Source: Acidilobaceae archaeon
GTDB lineage: Archaea; Thermoproteota; Thermoprotei_A; Sulfolobales; Acidilobaceae
Reading direction: 5' to 3'
Length of the DNA: 64,000 bases
NCBI GenBank assembly: GCA_038897215.1
Contig: JAWAWX010000001.1
Coordinates: forward strand, 768,001 to 832,000
Numbering within the stretch: position 1 is the stretch's first letter; each line of letters opens with the position of its first letter. A program made the translations under genes and the position numbers. The notes below the pieces were generated by a model. It did no database searches. It saw only the letters and a list, made by a program, of their open reading frames with translations, and had not been told where the DNA came from. Of the stretch, positions 8,856-20,889 are shown one piece after another.

Positions 8856-10580
8856 GTGACAGCTATGGTGAGAGGCGCTAGAGTTCTAGCAGAATCTTTG
8901 ATCAGAGAGGGGGCTAGAGTAATCTTCGGTGTTCCCGGTTTATCGAATATGGCGTTTTACGATGCACTATTCGACTACGTCGCTGAGGGTAAGATAAGAA
9001 GCATTCTAGTCAGACACGAGCAAGCAGCTGCTCACGCAGCCGACGCTTATGCAAGAGTCTCCGGTACTCCCGGAGTCTGCACAGCGACATCAGGACCGGG
9101 CGCAGTGAACCTGGTGACGGGCTTGATTACAGCCTACTGGGATAGCTCTCCTGTAGTAGCTATAACGGGACAGGTTCCCAGAGCCTCTATAGGAAAGATG
9201 GCTTTCCAGGAGGCTGATGTTGTCGGGATATTCAAGGATGCTACCAAGTACGTGGTTCAGCTCAAGAGAGCCGAGGAGATCCCCGTATGGGTTAAGAATG
9301 CATTCTACATAGCTATGACTGGTAGAAGGGGTCCAGTAGTAGTAGACATACCGAGAGACTTGCTCACAGCGGATATTCAAAGCATAGAGTATCCGGAGAA
9401 GCCTATGGTTCCAGGTTATAGAGACTTCCCGGACCTCGTAGACCCTCTGGAGCTGAAGAAAGCATCGAGACTAGTCCTTGAAGCGGAGAGACCACTAATC
9501 CTAGCAGGAGCCGGGATCGTTTGGTCTCAAGCTACGAGCGAACTCCTAGCCTTATCTGAGAAGCTATGGATACCAATGGTCTCATCGCTACTAGGGAAGG
9601 CAGCGATCCCCCACAATCACCCACTCTACGTAGGGGTCATGGGATACTATGGTAGAGCAGAAGCGAATCACGTGTTTCTCGAGTCCGACCTGGTGATAGT
9701 TGCTGGAGCTAGATTAAGCGATAGAACTCTACCAAACGTCTCCGATATTGCTGATAAGAAGATAGTGTTCGTAAACAGAGACCCCACAGAGGTTAAGAAG
9801 ATACCAGTACAGCCAGATGCAGTAATAACCGCGGATGCCAAGAAGGCTCTCTCCATGCTACTTGAAGCAGTCGAGGCTCAGATTGCTTTAGGCTACGAGC
9901 CTCGACGCGAGTCTTGGGTCAAGAGAGTCTTCGAGCTGAAGGAGGAATACTCTAAAATCTATTATAGAGAAGAAGGGCGAGGACTCAAGCCTTGGAGAGT
10001 CATGAAGACGGTGAGAAAAAGCATACCTCCAAGCTCGATTGTCACAACGGGAGTTGGACAGCACCAAATGTGGGCTGAGGTCTTCTGGGAGGTTCTAGAG
10101 CCCGGCACGTTCATCACCTCAGGAGGCATGGGGACTATGGGTTTCGGGCTACCAGCGGCTATAGGAGCAAAGGCGGCTAAGCCGGATAGAGTAGTAGTCG
10201 ACTTAGACGGAGACGGTTCTCTACTAATGACTGCGACCAATCTAGCAGTAGCAGTCGAGGAAGACCTTCCAGTCATAGTGGTGGTTTTCGATAACAGAAG
10301 CCTAGGTTTAGTGAGACAAGTTCAAGAACTTTTCTTCAATAAGAGATACATAGCTGTAGACTTAGGCTATGCTACAGACTTCGTGAAGCTAGCTGAAGCA
10401 TTTGGAGCAGACGGATACGACGCGCAAAGCTATGACGAGCTAGAAGCCGCTCTAAACAAATCTCTGAGGTCTGGTAGGACATCCGTGATCAGAGTGCCGA
10501 TACCTACCGAGGAGCTAGCTCTCCCCACGCTACCCCCCGGGGGTAGCCTTAAGCAGATGATAGTATCGCTCTCGGGGTGA
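8856..10580 (+). CDS. ilvB: Acetolactate synthase large subunit
   Basis: RHEQAAAHAAD, TSGPGAVN, GQHQMW and GDGS...N TPP-binding motif. Confidence 0.95.
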   Translation: MTAMVRGARVLAESLIREGARVIFGVPGLSNMAFYDALFDYVAEGKIRSILVRHEQAAAHAADAYARVSGTPGVCTATSGPGAVNLVTGLITAYWDSSPVVAITGQVPRASIGKMAFQEADVVGIFKDATKYVVQLKRAEEIPVWVKNAFYIAMTGRRGPVVVDIPRDLLTADIQSIEYPEKPMVPGYRDFPDLVDPLELKKASRLVLEAERPLILAGAGIVWSQATSELLALSEKLWIPMVSSLLGKAAIPHNHPLYVGVMGYYGRAEANHVFLESDLVIVAGARLSDRTLPNVSDIADKKIVFVNRDPTEVKKIPVQPDAVITADAKKALSMLLEAVEAQIALGYEPRRESWVKRVFELKEEYSKIYYREEGRGLKPWRVMKTVRKSIPPSSIVTTGVGQHQMWAEVFWEVLEPGTFITSGGMGTMGFGLPAAIGAKAAKPDRVVVDLDGDGSLLMTATNLAVAVEEDLPVIVVVFDNRSLGLVRQVQELFFNKRYIAVDLGYATDFVKLAEAFGADGYDAQSYDELEAALNKSLRSGRTSVIRVPIPTEELALPTLPPGGSLKQMIVSLSG

Positions 10581-10586
10581 GGAGGT

Positions 10587-11910
<1,324 letters not shown>

Positions 11911-11947
11911 GGCGATGAGCATGCACAACCTAACGGTGTAGAGAGTC

Positions 11948-12664
11948 GTGACTAGAGCTCACTCTAAACCCTCACATCAGCCAGACGTTCAATCGCTCAT
12001 AAACATAGAGAAAGAAGTAGCAGAAATGGGGGTACGCGTATCCTACGCTCTTGCAGAACGAGTAGCTGAGAGCAAGTACCCCGGTTGTCTTAACCAAGAG
12101 ATAGATAGACTAGTCGACTATCTGGAGAAAGAGTACTCTATAGAGACTCTAAAAGAGAATCCTATAATCAAAGCGTATAGGAGCTTCTACTGGAGGCTCG
12201 GAATAGACCCGACGAAGATAAGACCCTCGAGCGAGGCTCTCGTTAGGAGAATCCTGCGGAGCAAGAAATTCCCCCGAATAAGTCTGGTGGTCGACGCGGG
12301 AAACATAGCCTCAGCTAAGACATTAGTCCCTATAGGTGTCTACGACCTAGATAAGACGTCTCCACCCCTAACGATTAAGCTCAGCTCGGGAGGAGAGGAG
12401 TTTACGCCAATAGGAGGCGCGCCTGAGACTCTCCCTTCCCGCATTCCTATTCTCATAGACAGTAGCGGAGTAGTAATGCACCTCTACCCTTACAGAGATA
12501 GCGTGAAAACCATGGTTGACGAGTCAACTAGGAGAGTTGTCGTGATAGGAGCGGGAGTACCCGGGGTTGCAGATAAGCTACTAGTAGAGGCTGTAGACCT
12601 CACGGTTAGACTAGCTGAGAGATGTGGTTGGGCTCGTCTTAGCGAAACCATTCTCAAGCCTTAG
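11948..12664 (+). CDS. Stand-alone B3/4 (PheRS-beta editing-like) domain protein
   Basis: AYRSFYWRLGIDPTKIRPSSEALVRR, VVDAGN.AS, GVYDLDK and YPYRDS motifs. Confidence 0.85.
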   Translation: MTRAHSKPSHQPDVQSLINIEKEVAEMGVRVSYALAERVAESKYPGCLNQEIDRLVDYLEKEYSIETLKENPIIKAYRSFYWRLGIDPTKIRPSSEALVRRILRSKKFPRISLVVDAGNIASAKTLVPIGVYDLDKTSPPLTIKLSSGGEEFTPIGGAPETLPSRIPILIDSSGVVMHLYPYRDSVKTMVDESTRRVVVIGAGVPGVADKLLVEAVDLTVRLAERCGWARLSETILKP

Positions 12665-12752
12665 CCTCCTCGCGCAAGTCAATTAACCTATTTAATCTCT
12701 AGAGCAAGTCTACCTACGAGAAACTGGAGAGTTTAGAGGGGGCTAGGAGTGC

Positions 12753-14327
12753 GTGGTGGTTTAGAAATCCACTGAGACCGTAGAGGTTCTAGATACTACT
12801 CTAAGAGATGGAGACCAGAGTCCGGGCATCTCGTTCTCGGTTGAGGACAAGATCAAGATAGCTCTCCTCCTAGACGAGCTGGGAGTCGATGTGATCGAGG
12901 GGGGATACCCTGGAGCTAGCCCCAAAGACAGAGAGTTTTTCAAGCTCATGAAGAGCTACAAGCTCTCTCACGCGAAGCTAGCAGCATTCAGCGGGACTAG
13001 GAAAGCCGGGTCGAGAGTTGAACTCGACTATGGGCTTAACGCTGTGATAGAGTCTGAGGTTGACGTTGCAGTCGTCTATGGAAAAGCCTGGAGTCTTCAT
13101 GTCGAGAAAGTTTTAAGAACGACTCTCGAGGAGAATCTCAGCATGGTCTATGATTCGATAGCCTATCTGCGCTCTCACGGTATTCGCGTGATCTTCGATG
13201 CAGAACACTTCTATCAAGGATATCTAGAAGACCCAGATTACGCTACTAAGGTTCTAGAAACGGCTGTAGAAGCGGGCGCAGATACACTAGTACTCTGTGA
13301 CACTAATGGTGGCATGTTGCCTGGAGACGTTTACAGAATCACTAGGAAGGTAGTGAAGACTTATCGGAATAGAGCGACCATAGGAGCCCATATGCATAAT
13401 GACTGCGGTTGCGCTGTAGCCAACACTCTCGAAGCAGTTAGAGCGGGAGCTAGACACGTCCAGGGAACGGTTAACGGTCTTGGCGAGAGAACAGGTAACG
13501 CTGACCTAGTCCAGGTTCTACCAGGAATAGTCTTCAAGCTCGGTTTGAGAGCTCTCGGGAGCGAGGAGAAGCTTAGGAGTCTCAAGAAGGTCTCGAGAGC
13601 AGTTTATGAAATCACTGGGCTAAAACCCGACCCTAGACAACCCTATGTTGGAGACTACGCGTTCAGACATAAAGCCGGCGCTCACATAGACGCAGTCCTC
13701 AAGACTCCTAGAGCATACGAGCACCTGGACCCAGAAGCCGTAGGCTCTTATAGGTCCTTCGAGATAACACATCTCTCCGGCTCCTCTGCAGTAGCGTATG
13801 TAGCGTCTAGGTTGTTGGGGAGAGGTGTGAGGAAATCCGAGGAGAGAGTCAAGAGTATCCTGGCTAAGATCAAAGAGATGGAGATGAGTGGATATAATCT
13901 AAGCGAAGCGCAATCAACGGTACACCTACTGGTCTTAGAGGAGTACTGTGGACCGGCCCCACGTTCTTCGCTAAGAGAGTCTCTATCGGTACTCCTCGAG
14001 TCTCTCAACGACTCAGTGAAGGGAGACGGGGCAGATATCCTATCATTCTTGCTCAACAAGGTCAGCGTGAAGGTAGCTGGCACTAGGCTCCCTCTAGAGG
14101 TGAGAGAGTTAACGGTGAGGAAGCTGAGAGACGGCTACAGAGTGACGGTTGTCACAGATGGTGGCGATTCTTTCCAGAGGGTTTCAAGTAACCTGCTTAG
14201 AGCCGTGCTCGAGGCTGTCGAGGACGCTGTAGTTTACGAAGTGCTTAAAAGGGATTGCGTAAAAGTCTGCTCTAATGAAGACAATAGTGAAGGTGAAGGA
14301 GGCGGGGCTTGTGGGTATGAGGAGTAG
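12753..14327 (+). CDS. cimA: Citramalate synthase (CimA-type); in-frame TAG at 12762 precedes the catalytic N-terminus, so possibly a pseudogene
   Basis: The frame upstream of the tracked start (12891) reads [21 protein letters not shown]; FDAEHF, LCDTNGG, HMHND, GERTGNA and HKAG motifs. Confidence 0.85.
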
Positions 14328-15972
14328 AGAGGTAGTCGAGGGGCTAGAGAGAACTCCTCACAGAGCTCTATTTAAAGCTTTAGGCATGACTGACGATGAA
14401 CTCTCAAGACCTCTCATAGGGGTTGCAAATTCATGGAACGAACTCGTACCAGGGCATAAGCATCTCAGAGAAATCGCGGATGCCGTTAAAGCAGGGATTA
14501 GGCTAGCTGGAGGCACGCCTCTAGAATTCAATACCATAGGGCTTTGTGATGGAATAGCTATGGGTCACGTTGGAATGAAATACTCGCTACCATCAAGGGA
14601 AGTCATTGCCGACTCGGTAGAAGTCATGGCTGAAGCCTACAGGCTCGACGGACTCGTATTGATAGGATCGTGCGATAAGATAACGCCGGGGATGCTAATC
14701 GCGGTGGCTCGCCTAGATATACCGTCAGTGCTCGTGAATGGAGGGCCTATGCTGACTGGGAGGTTTAAAGATAGTAGAGTAGACATTAAATCAGTGTTTG
14801 AGGCAATAGGCATGACGAGATCCGGGAGGATGACTTTCGAGGAACTCAAGATTCTAGAAGAGAACGCCTGCCCTGGAGCTGGCTCCTGCGCGGGGCTCTA
14901 CACAGCCAACACTATGGGAGTGCTCAGCGAGGTACTCGGTATAGCGCTACCTGGTAACGGCACGATCCCGGCTGTTCATGCTTCCAGGATTAGATTAGCT
15001 AAAGAAGCGGGAAGACTTATAGTGAAGCTCGTCGAGAAAGGCGTTAGACCGAGCTCCATAATGACTAGAGAGGCGTTCTTAGACGCTATAGCGGTTGATG
15101 CAGCGCTAGGAGGCTCTACTAACGCGATACTCCACTTGATGGCTATAGCTAGAGAGGCTGGAGTAGACCTGAGTCTAGAGGACTTCGATGAGATATCCGA
15201 GAGAACACCAGTTCTCACAACGATAAGCCCTAACGGACCACACTATCTGGAGGACTTGCATGAAGCTGGCGGAGTGCCAGCTGTGATGAAGGAGTTAAGC
15301 AAGCTAGACTTGATGCATCTAGAAAGAATGACGGTAGCATTGAAGACAGTGAGAGAAATCATCGAGTCAGCAATCGTCACTAGAAGAGACGTCATTAGAC
15401 CTGTCGAGAGCCCCGTTAGCCCTAGAGGAGCTATAATCATTCTCAAAGGCAACCTGGCTCCTCAAGGAGCAGTGATCAAGGTGTCTGCTGTACGCTCAAG
15501 TGTGAAGAGATTCGAGGGTCCAGCTAAGGTGTTCGATTCAGAGGAAGAAGCGGCTAGAGCAATAGCTGAAGGCATGATCGAGAAAGGAGACGTGATAGTC
15601 ATCAGATATGAGGGTCCGAAAGGAGGACCCGGCATGAGGGAAATGCTTGCAGTTACAGCTACGTTAGCAGGAATGGGGCTCGATGCTGACGTAGCGCTAG
15701 TCACAGACGGCAGATTCTCTGGAGCAACGAGAGGCATAGCTGTTGGTCACGTCTCACCCGAGGCGGCAGAAGGGGGGCCAATAGCTCTCATCGAAAACGG
15801 AGATACTATAGTGATAGACTTAGAGAAGAAGAGGCTCGACGTTCTCCTAGATGAGAAGAAGCTGGAGGAAAGAAGACAGAAATGGAGGCCTCCATCGCGA
15901 AAACACAGAGGACTCTTGGAGAGATACTCGAGACTAGCATCTTCAGCTAGCCAAGGAGCTATCCTAATCTAG
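14317..15972 (+). CDS. ilvD: Dihydroxy-acid dehydratase
   Basis: [39 protein letters not shown] and TDGRFSG motifs. Confidence 0.97.
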   Translation: MRSREVVEGLERTPHRALFKALGMTDDELSRPLIGVANSWNELVPGHKHLREIADAVKAGIRLAGGTPLEFNTIGLCDGIAMGHVGMKYSLPSREVIADSVEVMAEAYRLDGLVLIGSCDKITPGMLIAVARLDIPSVLVNGGPMLTGRFKDSRVDIKSVFEAIGMTRSGRMTFEELKILEENACPGAGSCAGLYTANTMGVLSEVLGIALPGNGTIPAVHASRIRLAKEAGRLIVKLVEKGVRPSSIMTREAFLDAIAVDAALGGSTNAILHLMAIAREAGVDLSLEDFDEISERTPVLTTISPNGPHYLEDLHEAGGVPAVMKELSKLDLMHLERMTVALKTVREIIESAIVTRRDVIRPVESPVSPRGAIIILKGNLAPQGAVIKVSAVRSSVKRFEGPAKVFDSEEEAARAIAEGMIEKGDVIVIRYEGPKGGPGMREMLAVTATLAGMGLDADVALVTDGRFSGATRGIAVGHVSPEAAEGGPIALIENGDTIVIDLEKKRLDVLLDEKKLEERRQKWRPPSRKHRGLLERYSRLASSASQGAILI

Positions 15973-16156
15973 GCATCAAATCCAATCATCACTCCAGATC
16001 AGCTTAACGATAAGTTAAGTATTTCATTGTAGCCACGTATTTCTCGAGATGAGAGCGCTCTCATTCAATTTGCTCTAATTTCATTCCCTCTCATGCCTTT
16101 CAGACTTTACCGATGCGGGCCTAATGGGGAAACCTTAGTTCACGAAGTAGAAGAGT

Positions 16157-16660
16157 CTAGAGCTGAGGGCACGCCGTTTTACCAATTTCCATGAGGTAGT
16201 ACATTAAGCCTCCTCTTCTCAATATCTCTAAGGCTAGCCCTCTCACGGGCTTGCATGCTATGATTCCTCTAGGAGATTCTACGATGCCTTTCTCAACATC
16301 GATGACAACTTCGTCCCCTTCTTCAAGAAGACCTAGCATTTCGGCTTTGCATTCAAGAACAGGGAGACCATTGTTTATAGCGTTTCTGTAGAATATCCTC
16401 GAGAACGATTCAGCTAGTACTGCGTTGACCCCGGCAGCTTTGAGTGCTATCGCTGCCTGCTCTCGCGAAGACCCTATCCCGAAAGCTTTCCCCGCTGAGA
16501 TCACAGAGCCTCTGAGCTTTCTTCTAAACTCTTCTCCTAACGCTTCGAAGACGTGTACAGCAAGATAGTCTGGGTCTGTGTATTTCAGGTGTCTCGCTGG
16601 TATGATTAGGTCTGTGTCGATGTTATCCCCCATCCTGACAACCCTACCAGAAACCCTCAA
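16157..16660 (-). CDS. leuD: 3-isopropylmalate dehydratase small subunit
   Basis: DNIDTDLIIP, FGIGSSREQA and FSRIFYRNAIN motifs. Confidence 0.92.
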   Translation of the reverse strand: MRVSGRVVRMGDNIDTDLIIPARHLKYTDPDYLAVHVFEALGEEFRRKLRGSVISAGKAFGIGSSREQAAIALKAAGVNAVLAESFSRIFYRNAINNGLPVLECKAEMLGLLEEGDEVVIDVEKGIVESPRGIIACKPVRGLALEILRRGGLMYYLMEIGKTACPQL

Positions 16661-16667
16661 TCCCCTC

Positions 16668-17897
16668 TCACCACGGTCTCGTTATCCTACCTAGAGCAGC
16701 GGTAGCAGCGGCTACAGCAGGCCCCGCTAGGTATATCTTGGCAGTAGCGCTACCCATTCTTCCAGTAAAGTTTCTGTTCGAAGTCGAGACCACGACCTCC
16801 CCCGGTCCGGCTATACCGAAGTGACCCCCGAGGCATGGGCCACAAGTGCTGTGCGTGACTACGCAGCCAGCTTCAGTCAACACCTCTATGTAGCCTCTTC
16901 TTAGAGCCTCCAGGAATACCCTTCGAGAAGCGGGTATCGCTATGCATCTAGTCTTGGCTTTCCTCCCCTTCAGGACCCTAGCGGCTATCTCTAGATCGCT
17001 CAGCCTCCCGTTAGTGCAAGAACCTATGAATACGTAGTCCACCTCTACCCCCTCAACTTCCTCGACATTCTTCACGTTATCGATAGTAGGTGGAGCGGCT
17101 ACCAGGAAGTCTACTCGAGATAGCTCGACCTCAAGCTCGTCGGAGTAGCCTGAGAGCGAGAAGTCCGGGAGGGGTGGAGCACGGCCTCTCATGCTTTCGA
17201 GAAACGAGACTGTAAGAGAGTCGGGAGCTACTATGAGAGCGTCTGCGTTCATCTCGATACCCATGTTCGCTAAAGTTGCCCTATAGTCCATAGGCATAGC
17301 TCTAGGTTCCTCCACGAAAACCTCGAGAGACTTCCCGCTGAGATACGTTAGCCCCAGCTCTCTTATGACCTCCAACGCTACCTCCTTACCGGTCACAAAC
17401 TCCCTCAAGTATCCCAGAAGTCTCAGCTTGACAGCATCCGGGACCGTTAGCCAGATCCTGCCTCTCGCTATGGCTAGAGCTAAGTCGCTCGCTCCCAGTC
17501 CTTGAGCGAAAGCACCTAACGCTCCAGCAGTACACGTATGGCTATCCGCGCCCACCACTACTTGACCCGGTAGAGCTACCTCTTCTAGTATCACTTGATG
17601 CATTATACCATAGCCATAGTCATAGAATCTCGTAATCGAGTACGTTCTCGCAAACTCTCTAATCCTCATCTGGAGCTCAGCGCTCCTCAAGTCTGGGGGT
17701 GGGGCTAGATGATCAAACACTACTACGAGCTTATCGAGCCCGCAGAAAGTCTTCACGCCCGCTTTCTCAAGAATCTCTATTACATGATAGCCTGTTAGGT
17801 CGTGGAACGCGATCACGTCTACAGCCACATCTACGACCTCGCCGGGAGAAACGCTCCTCCCACTATTTCTCTCTAATATGCTATGAGTTATCGTCAA
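16668..17897 (-). CDS. leuC: 3-isopropylmalate dehydratase large subunit
   Basis: FDH, GADSHT, GSCTNGR, CGPCLG and NRNFTGRMG motifs. Confidence 0.93.
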   Translation of the reverse strand: MTITHSILERNSGRSVSPGEVVDVAVDVIAFHDLTGYHVIEILEKAGVKTFCGLDKLVVVFDHLAPPPDLRSAELQMRIREFARTYSITRFYDYGYGIMHQVILEEVALPGQVVVGADSHTCTAGALGAFAQGLGASDLALAIARGRIWLTVPDAVKLRLLGYLREFVTGKEVALEVIRELGLTYLSGKSLEVFVEEPRAMPMDYRATLANMGIEMNADALIVAPDSLTVSFLESMRGRAPPLPDFSLSGYSDELEVELSRVDFLVAAPPTIDNVKNVEEVEGVEVDYVFIGSCTNGRLSDLEIAARVLKGRKAKTRCIAIPASRRVFLEALRRGYIEVLTEAGCVVTHSTCGPCLGGHFGIAGPGEVVVSTSNRNFTGRMGSATAKIYLAGPAVAAATAALGRITRPW

Positions 17898-18317
17898 GAC
17901 TCTTCACTCTCTAAGGCGCATCGAGAAGACCCACTAGCAACCTACAGCTTAAGAGAGTTACGCTAGACTCGAGTCATAATAAAGAGAGTCTGCAAGACTC
18001 TTCGAGTAACAGGAGGCGATGCCATCTGAGACCACACAGCTAGCCCACATAACCCGAAGAAAGGTCAGACTCACAGCTCTCAATAATCGCAGTGATCGTA
18101 AAGAGAGGCTAGAGCCTTGAGAGGCTTCAACTAGCACTCTCGACTCCAACACTCTAGCTGAAACTAGGGAGCTAGCGTTGGCATCAGCACCAGAAACCGT
18201 CATCACTATCTTCAGCTAATCGAGCTATCATCACCTACCTCTTTGTCGGTGCAACGAAGAGTCTCAATATAATCTTGTAAGACTTAGGTTTTTAAAGTCT
18301 CGCGCTTAGACCATTGT

Positions 18318-18396
18318 GGGCCCGTAGCTCAGCCAGGACTAGAGCGCCGGCCTTCTAAGCCGGAGGTCCCGGGTTCAAATCCCGGCGGGCCCGCCA
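18318..18396 (+). tRNA. tRNA-Arg(TCT)
   Basis: GGGCCCG acceptor; CCGGC-CT-TCT-AA-GCCGG anticodon arm; encoded CCA; upstream TTTTAAAG TATA-like box. Confidence 0.96.
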
Positions 18397-18650
18397 CACA
18401 GGATCGCTGGGCTCCAAGGCCGGCACTCATTATTTTCTACAACACTAAACTCTGTACACTAGATCTGTCTCCGAAATGCTCTTGACTATCTAGACGACTT
18501 ACTAGAAATCACTGAGATATTGGGGAAAAAGTAGGATTAGTAACAAGAAGGTGCTCTATGCTTATATTACTTGGTTGTCTACTAGAATTAATCACAATTG
18601 ACACAATAAGTGAATAATTTTCGTGTTTTCAATAGACGGGAAACCATGAC

Positions 18651-19277
18651 TTAAAACTTTATTACCCTTCTTATCTCACTCATGGTAAACCCTGCCTCTA
18701 AGAGAGCATAAACTGCTAGGGTGTATTTTGATCCCATTAGATTGGGTGGCGGATAATTTGTATCTTCTTCCAGAGCTATCCACTTTAGCGTTGATAAAAA
18801 CTCTGTTACGCTAAGCCTAGTTTTCGCATTTAATTCTCTAAAATATCTGTCCACAACGTCTTTTACGGCTTCACGGTCTCTTATTACTCTCAAGACGGCA
18901 TTTATCAAGTGCTCCCTCAACTCGTGTGTCAAGTCTCTAAGCTGAATATACCATCTAGCTAGATCATCATGTGTGGGGACTTTAATTTCGATAAGTTGTC
19001 CTGAGCTAAACCTAGCATACCAGACATAGAAATCACATGGAGATTTTCCATCAGGAATTTGGATAAAGACTTTATAGTCATCAAAATCCTCAACTAAAAT
19101 CACTCTAAAAGTTCTATCGCTACAGATTTTAAACCTCTCATCTAGCACGTGTCTTGTAAGATGTGGTAGAGGGAGCTTTTGAGGAGAGGAATGTAATCCG
19201 TTAATGAAACTTCCGGTAAGTATGGTTCTTTCAACTTGTGGGCGATAAAATTCCCATCTCGCTTCTTTTCGTGGCAA
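18651..19277 (-). CDS. Putative type II restriction endonuclease
   Basis: AT-rich 208-aa ORF starting 3 bp after a DNA MTase stop; no clear catalytic motif recognised, so the call rests on context. Confidence 0.55.
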   Translation of the reverse strand: MPRKEARWEFYRPQVERTILTGSFINGLHSSPQKLPLPHLTRHVLDERFKICSDRTFRVILVEDFDDYKVFIQIPDGKSPCDFYVWYARFSSGQLIEIKVPTHDDLARWYIQLRDLTHELREHLINAVLRVIRDREAVKDVVDRYFRELNAKTRLSVTEFLSTLKWIALEEDTNYPPPNLMGSKYTLAVYALLEAGFTMSEIRRVIKF

Positions 19278-19280
19278 TTA

Positions 19281-20246
19281 TCACCACCACTTCATGCTAA
19301 GCCTGTACTTCTTAGTGTCCTCGCTTCTGCCTGGCTTGCGGAAGACGAGTAGGTGCTCGTGTGCTATCAGGTAGAAGTCTGCTTTGCGCTCCTCATCCTC
19401 GGGCTCGCAGACCCAGCACTCTTCAGCTGTCCTGGCTACTCCCGCCCACTTCTCTCTCGTCTTCTTCATGTGGTGTTGCACCTTCACTATGTGCTCTTTG
19501 AGTATGAAGCCCGCGTCGAGGAATTGTTGCATTACCCTGAAGCCGATCGGGACGTAGTGCCTGCGGATTCTAGTGTCTCCGATTAGTATAGCGCAGTACC
19601 TGCCGGGCTTGAGGACTCTGTAGCACTCCCCGGCCACCTCTCTGATTCCCCGCAGGTACTCGTCTAGGTCGCGAGCACGCGAGAGGTCGCCCTCGACCGC
19701 GCTCCTGGAGTATGGGATTATGTTGAAGTACGGTGGGTGCGTGGCCACCAGGTCTATGGACTCGTCCTCTATCAGGTCTAGGTTTCTGGCGTCGCCGTGG
19801 TATACTCTCACCTCGGGCTCCCTCCAGCCGGGGTCTAGGGGCTTGTAGGTGAAGTTGAGCCTGTCTAGTGTCAGGATGCAGGCCTCGTAGTTTATATCCA
19901 CCCCTATAGCGTTCCTCCCCAGCAACCTGGCCTCAACTAGGGTAGTCCCGCTACCGCACATCGGGTCTAGGACCCACTCCCCGGGCCTACTATACCTGAT
20001 TATAAGGTTCCGAGCGACCTGAGGAGCCCAGTTACCCCTGTAATCCCCCCTGTGCGTAGCCCAGTCCCCCCTCTTGGGGAAGCTCCAGACGGTAGTCGTC
20101 TCGAGAGCGAAGTCCCGGGGCTGGTACTCTCTTATCTCGTGCCTCTCACCAACCCTTATGACGGCGTCCTCGATGACGACCTCTCTGCGGCTCTTCACGA
20201 ACTCCAAGTACTCCTCGAACGTGACCAGCCTCATCCGCATCTTCAT
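19281..20246 (-). CDS. Amino-DNA methyltransferase (m4C/m6A, motif I before motif IV)
   Basis: VLDPMCGSGTT motif I, THPPY motif IV and TTVWSFPKRG.WATH. Confidence 0.88.
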   Translation of the reverse strand: MKMRMRLVTFEEYLEFVKSRREVVIEDAVIRVGERHEIREYQPRDFALETTTVWSFPKRGDWATHRGDYRGNWAPQVARNLIIRYSRPGEWVLDPMCGSGTTLVEARLLGRNAIGVDINYEACILTLDRLNFTYKPLDPGWREPEVRVYHGDARNLDLIEDESIDLVATHPPYFNIIPYSRSAVEGDLSRARDLDEYLRGIREVAGECYRVLKPGRYCAILIGDTRIRRHYVPIGFRVMQQFLDAGFILKEHIVKVQHHMKKTREKWAGVARTAEECWVCEPEDEERKADFYLIAHEHLLVFRKPGRSEDTKKYRLSMKWW

Positions 20247-20531
20247 GCTACTCCCATGTATTATTTATATTAGAGTATCTTATTAAGCCTTAATAGCAAG
20301 AAAACAGGGTATTTTAATGATTTGAAGGCTCAAAAGCCGTAGGTGTGATGTGCAATACTCTTCTATGAGATGAACGAGATAGGACATATTAAACGATATC
20401 GAATTAAATATAACTTCAAGTTATAGTACATAGAGGCGTTAAGTTTTTGTAATGTTTCTGCAATAGCCTTACTCTAGAATAATAGCTAATTTAGGTTTTT
20501 AATCTCTGTGGGGTGACTGTTCCGATTTGTG

Positions 20532-20828
20532 TTAAGACTCGGCTCTTGTTCTGGCTATCACTATCTCTATAGCTGAAACTCTTCTAGTTCTGCCGCTACT
20601 GTCTTTGTGGTACTCACTGAAGATCCTGATGTCTTTCACGTTAGTTGAAGGCAGGGTTTTGCGTATTCTTTCAGCTACCTCGACTGCTTTCGCTATATTG
20701 TTGCCTCTAGCTTTCACGACTATCTCGCTGAAGCCCTCTTGGCTCAGCATTCTTACAGCAGCTATCACGTAGTTAGATACGGGTTTGCCTCCAACCATCA
20801 CAGCGTTTACTGGATGAGGGGAGACCAC
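20532..20828 (-). CDS. alba: Alba chromatin/RNA-binding protein
   Basis: VGGKPVSNYV, KARG.NIAKAVEVA and VSAIEIVI motifs. Confidence 0.93.
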   Translation of the reverse strand: MVSPHPVNAVMVGGKPVSNYVIAAVRMLSQEGFSEIVVKARGNNIAKAVEVAERIRKTLPSTNVKDIRIFSEYHKDSSGRTRRVSAIEIVIARTRAES

Positions 20829-20889
20829 TTAGGACACCCTTAGGGTAGAATATGCTAAACGTATATAAGCTTGTCTAGCGGGACTTTCG

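Noticed and set aside
17958-18206. 82-aa ORF between leuC and tRNA-Arg
   Set aside because: Ser-rich, no motif recognised and atypical composition; cannot be supported.
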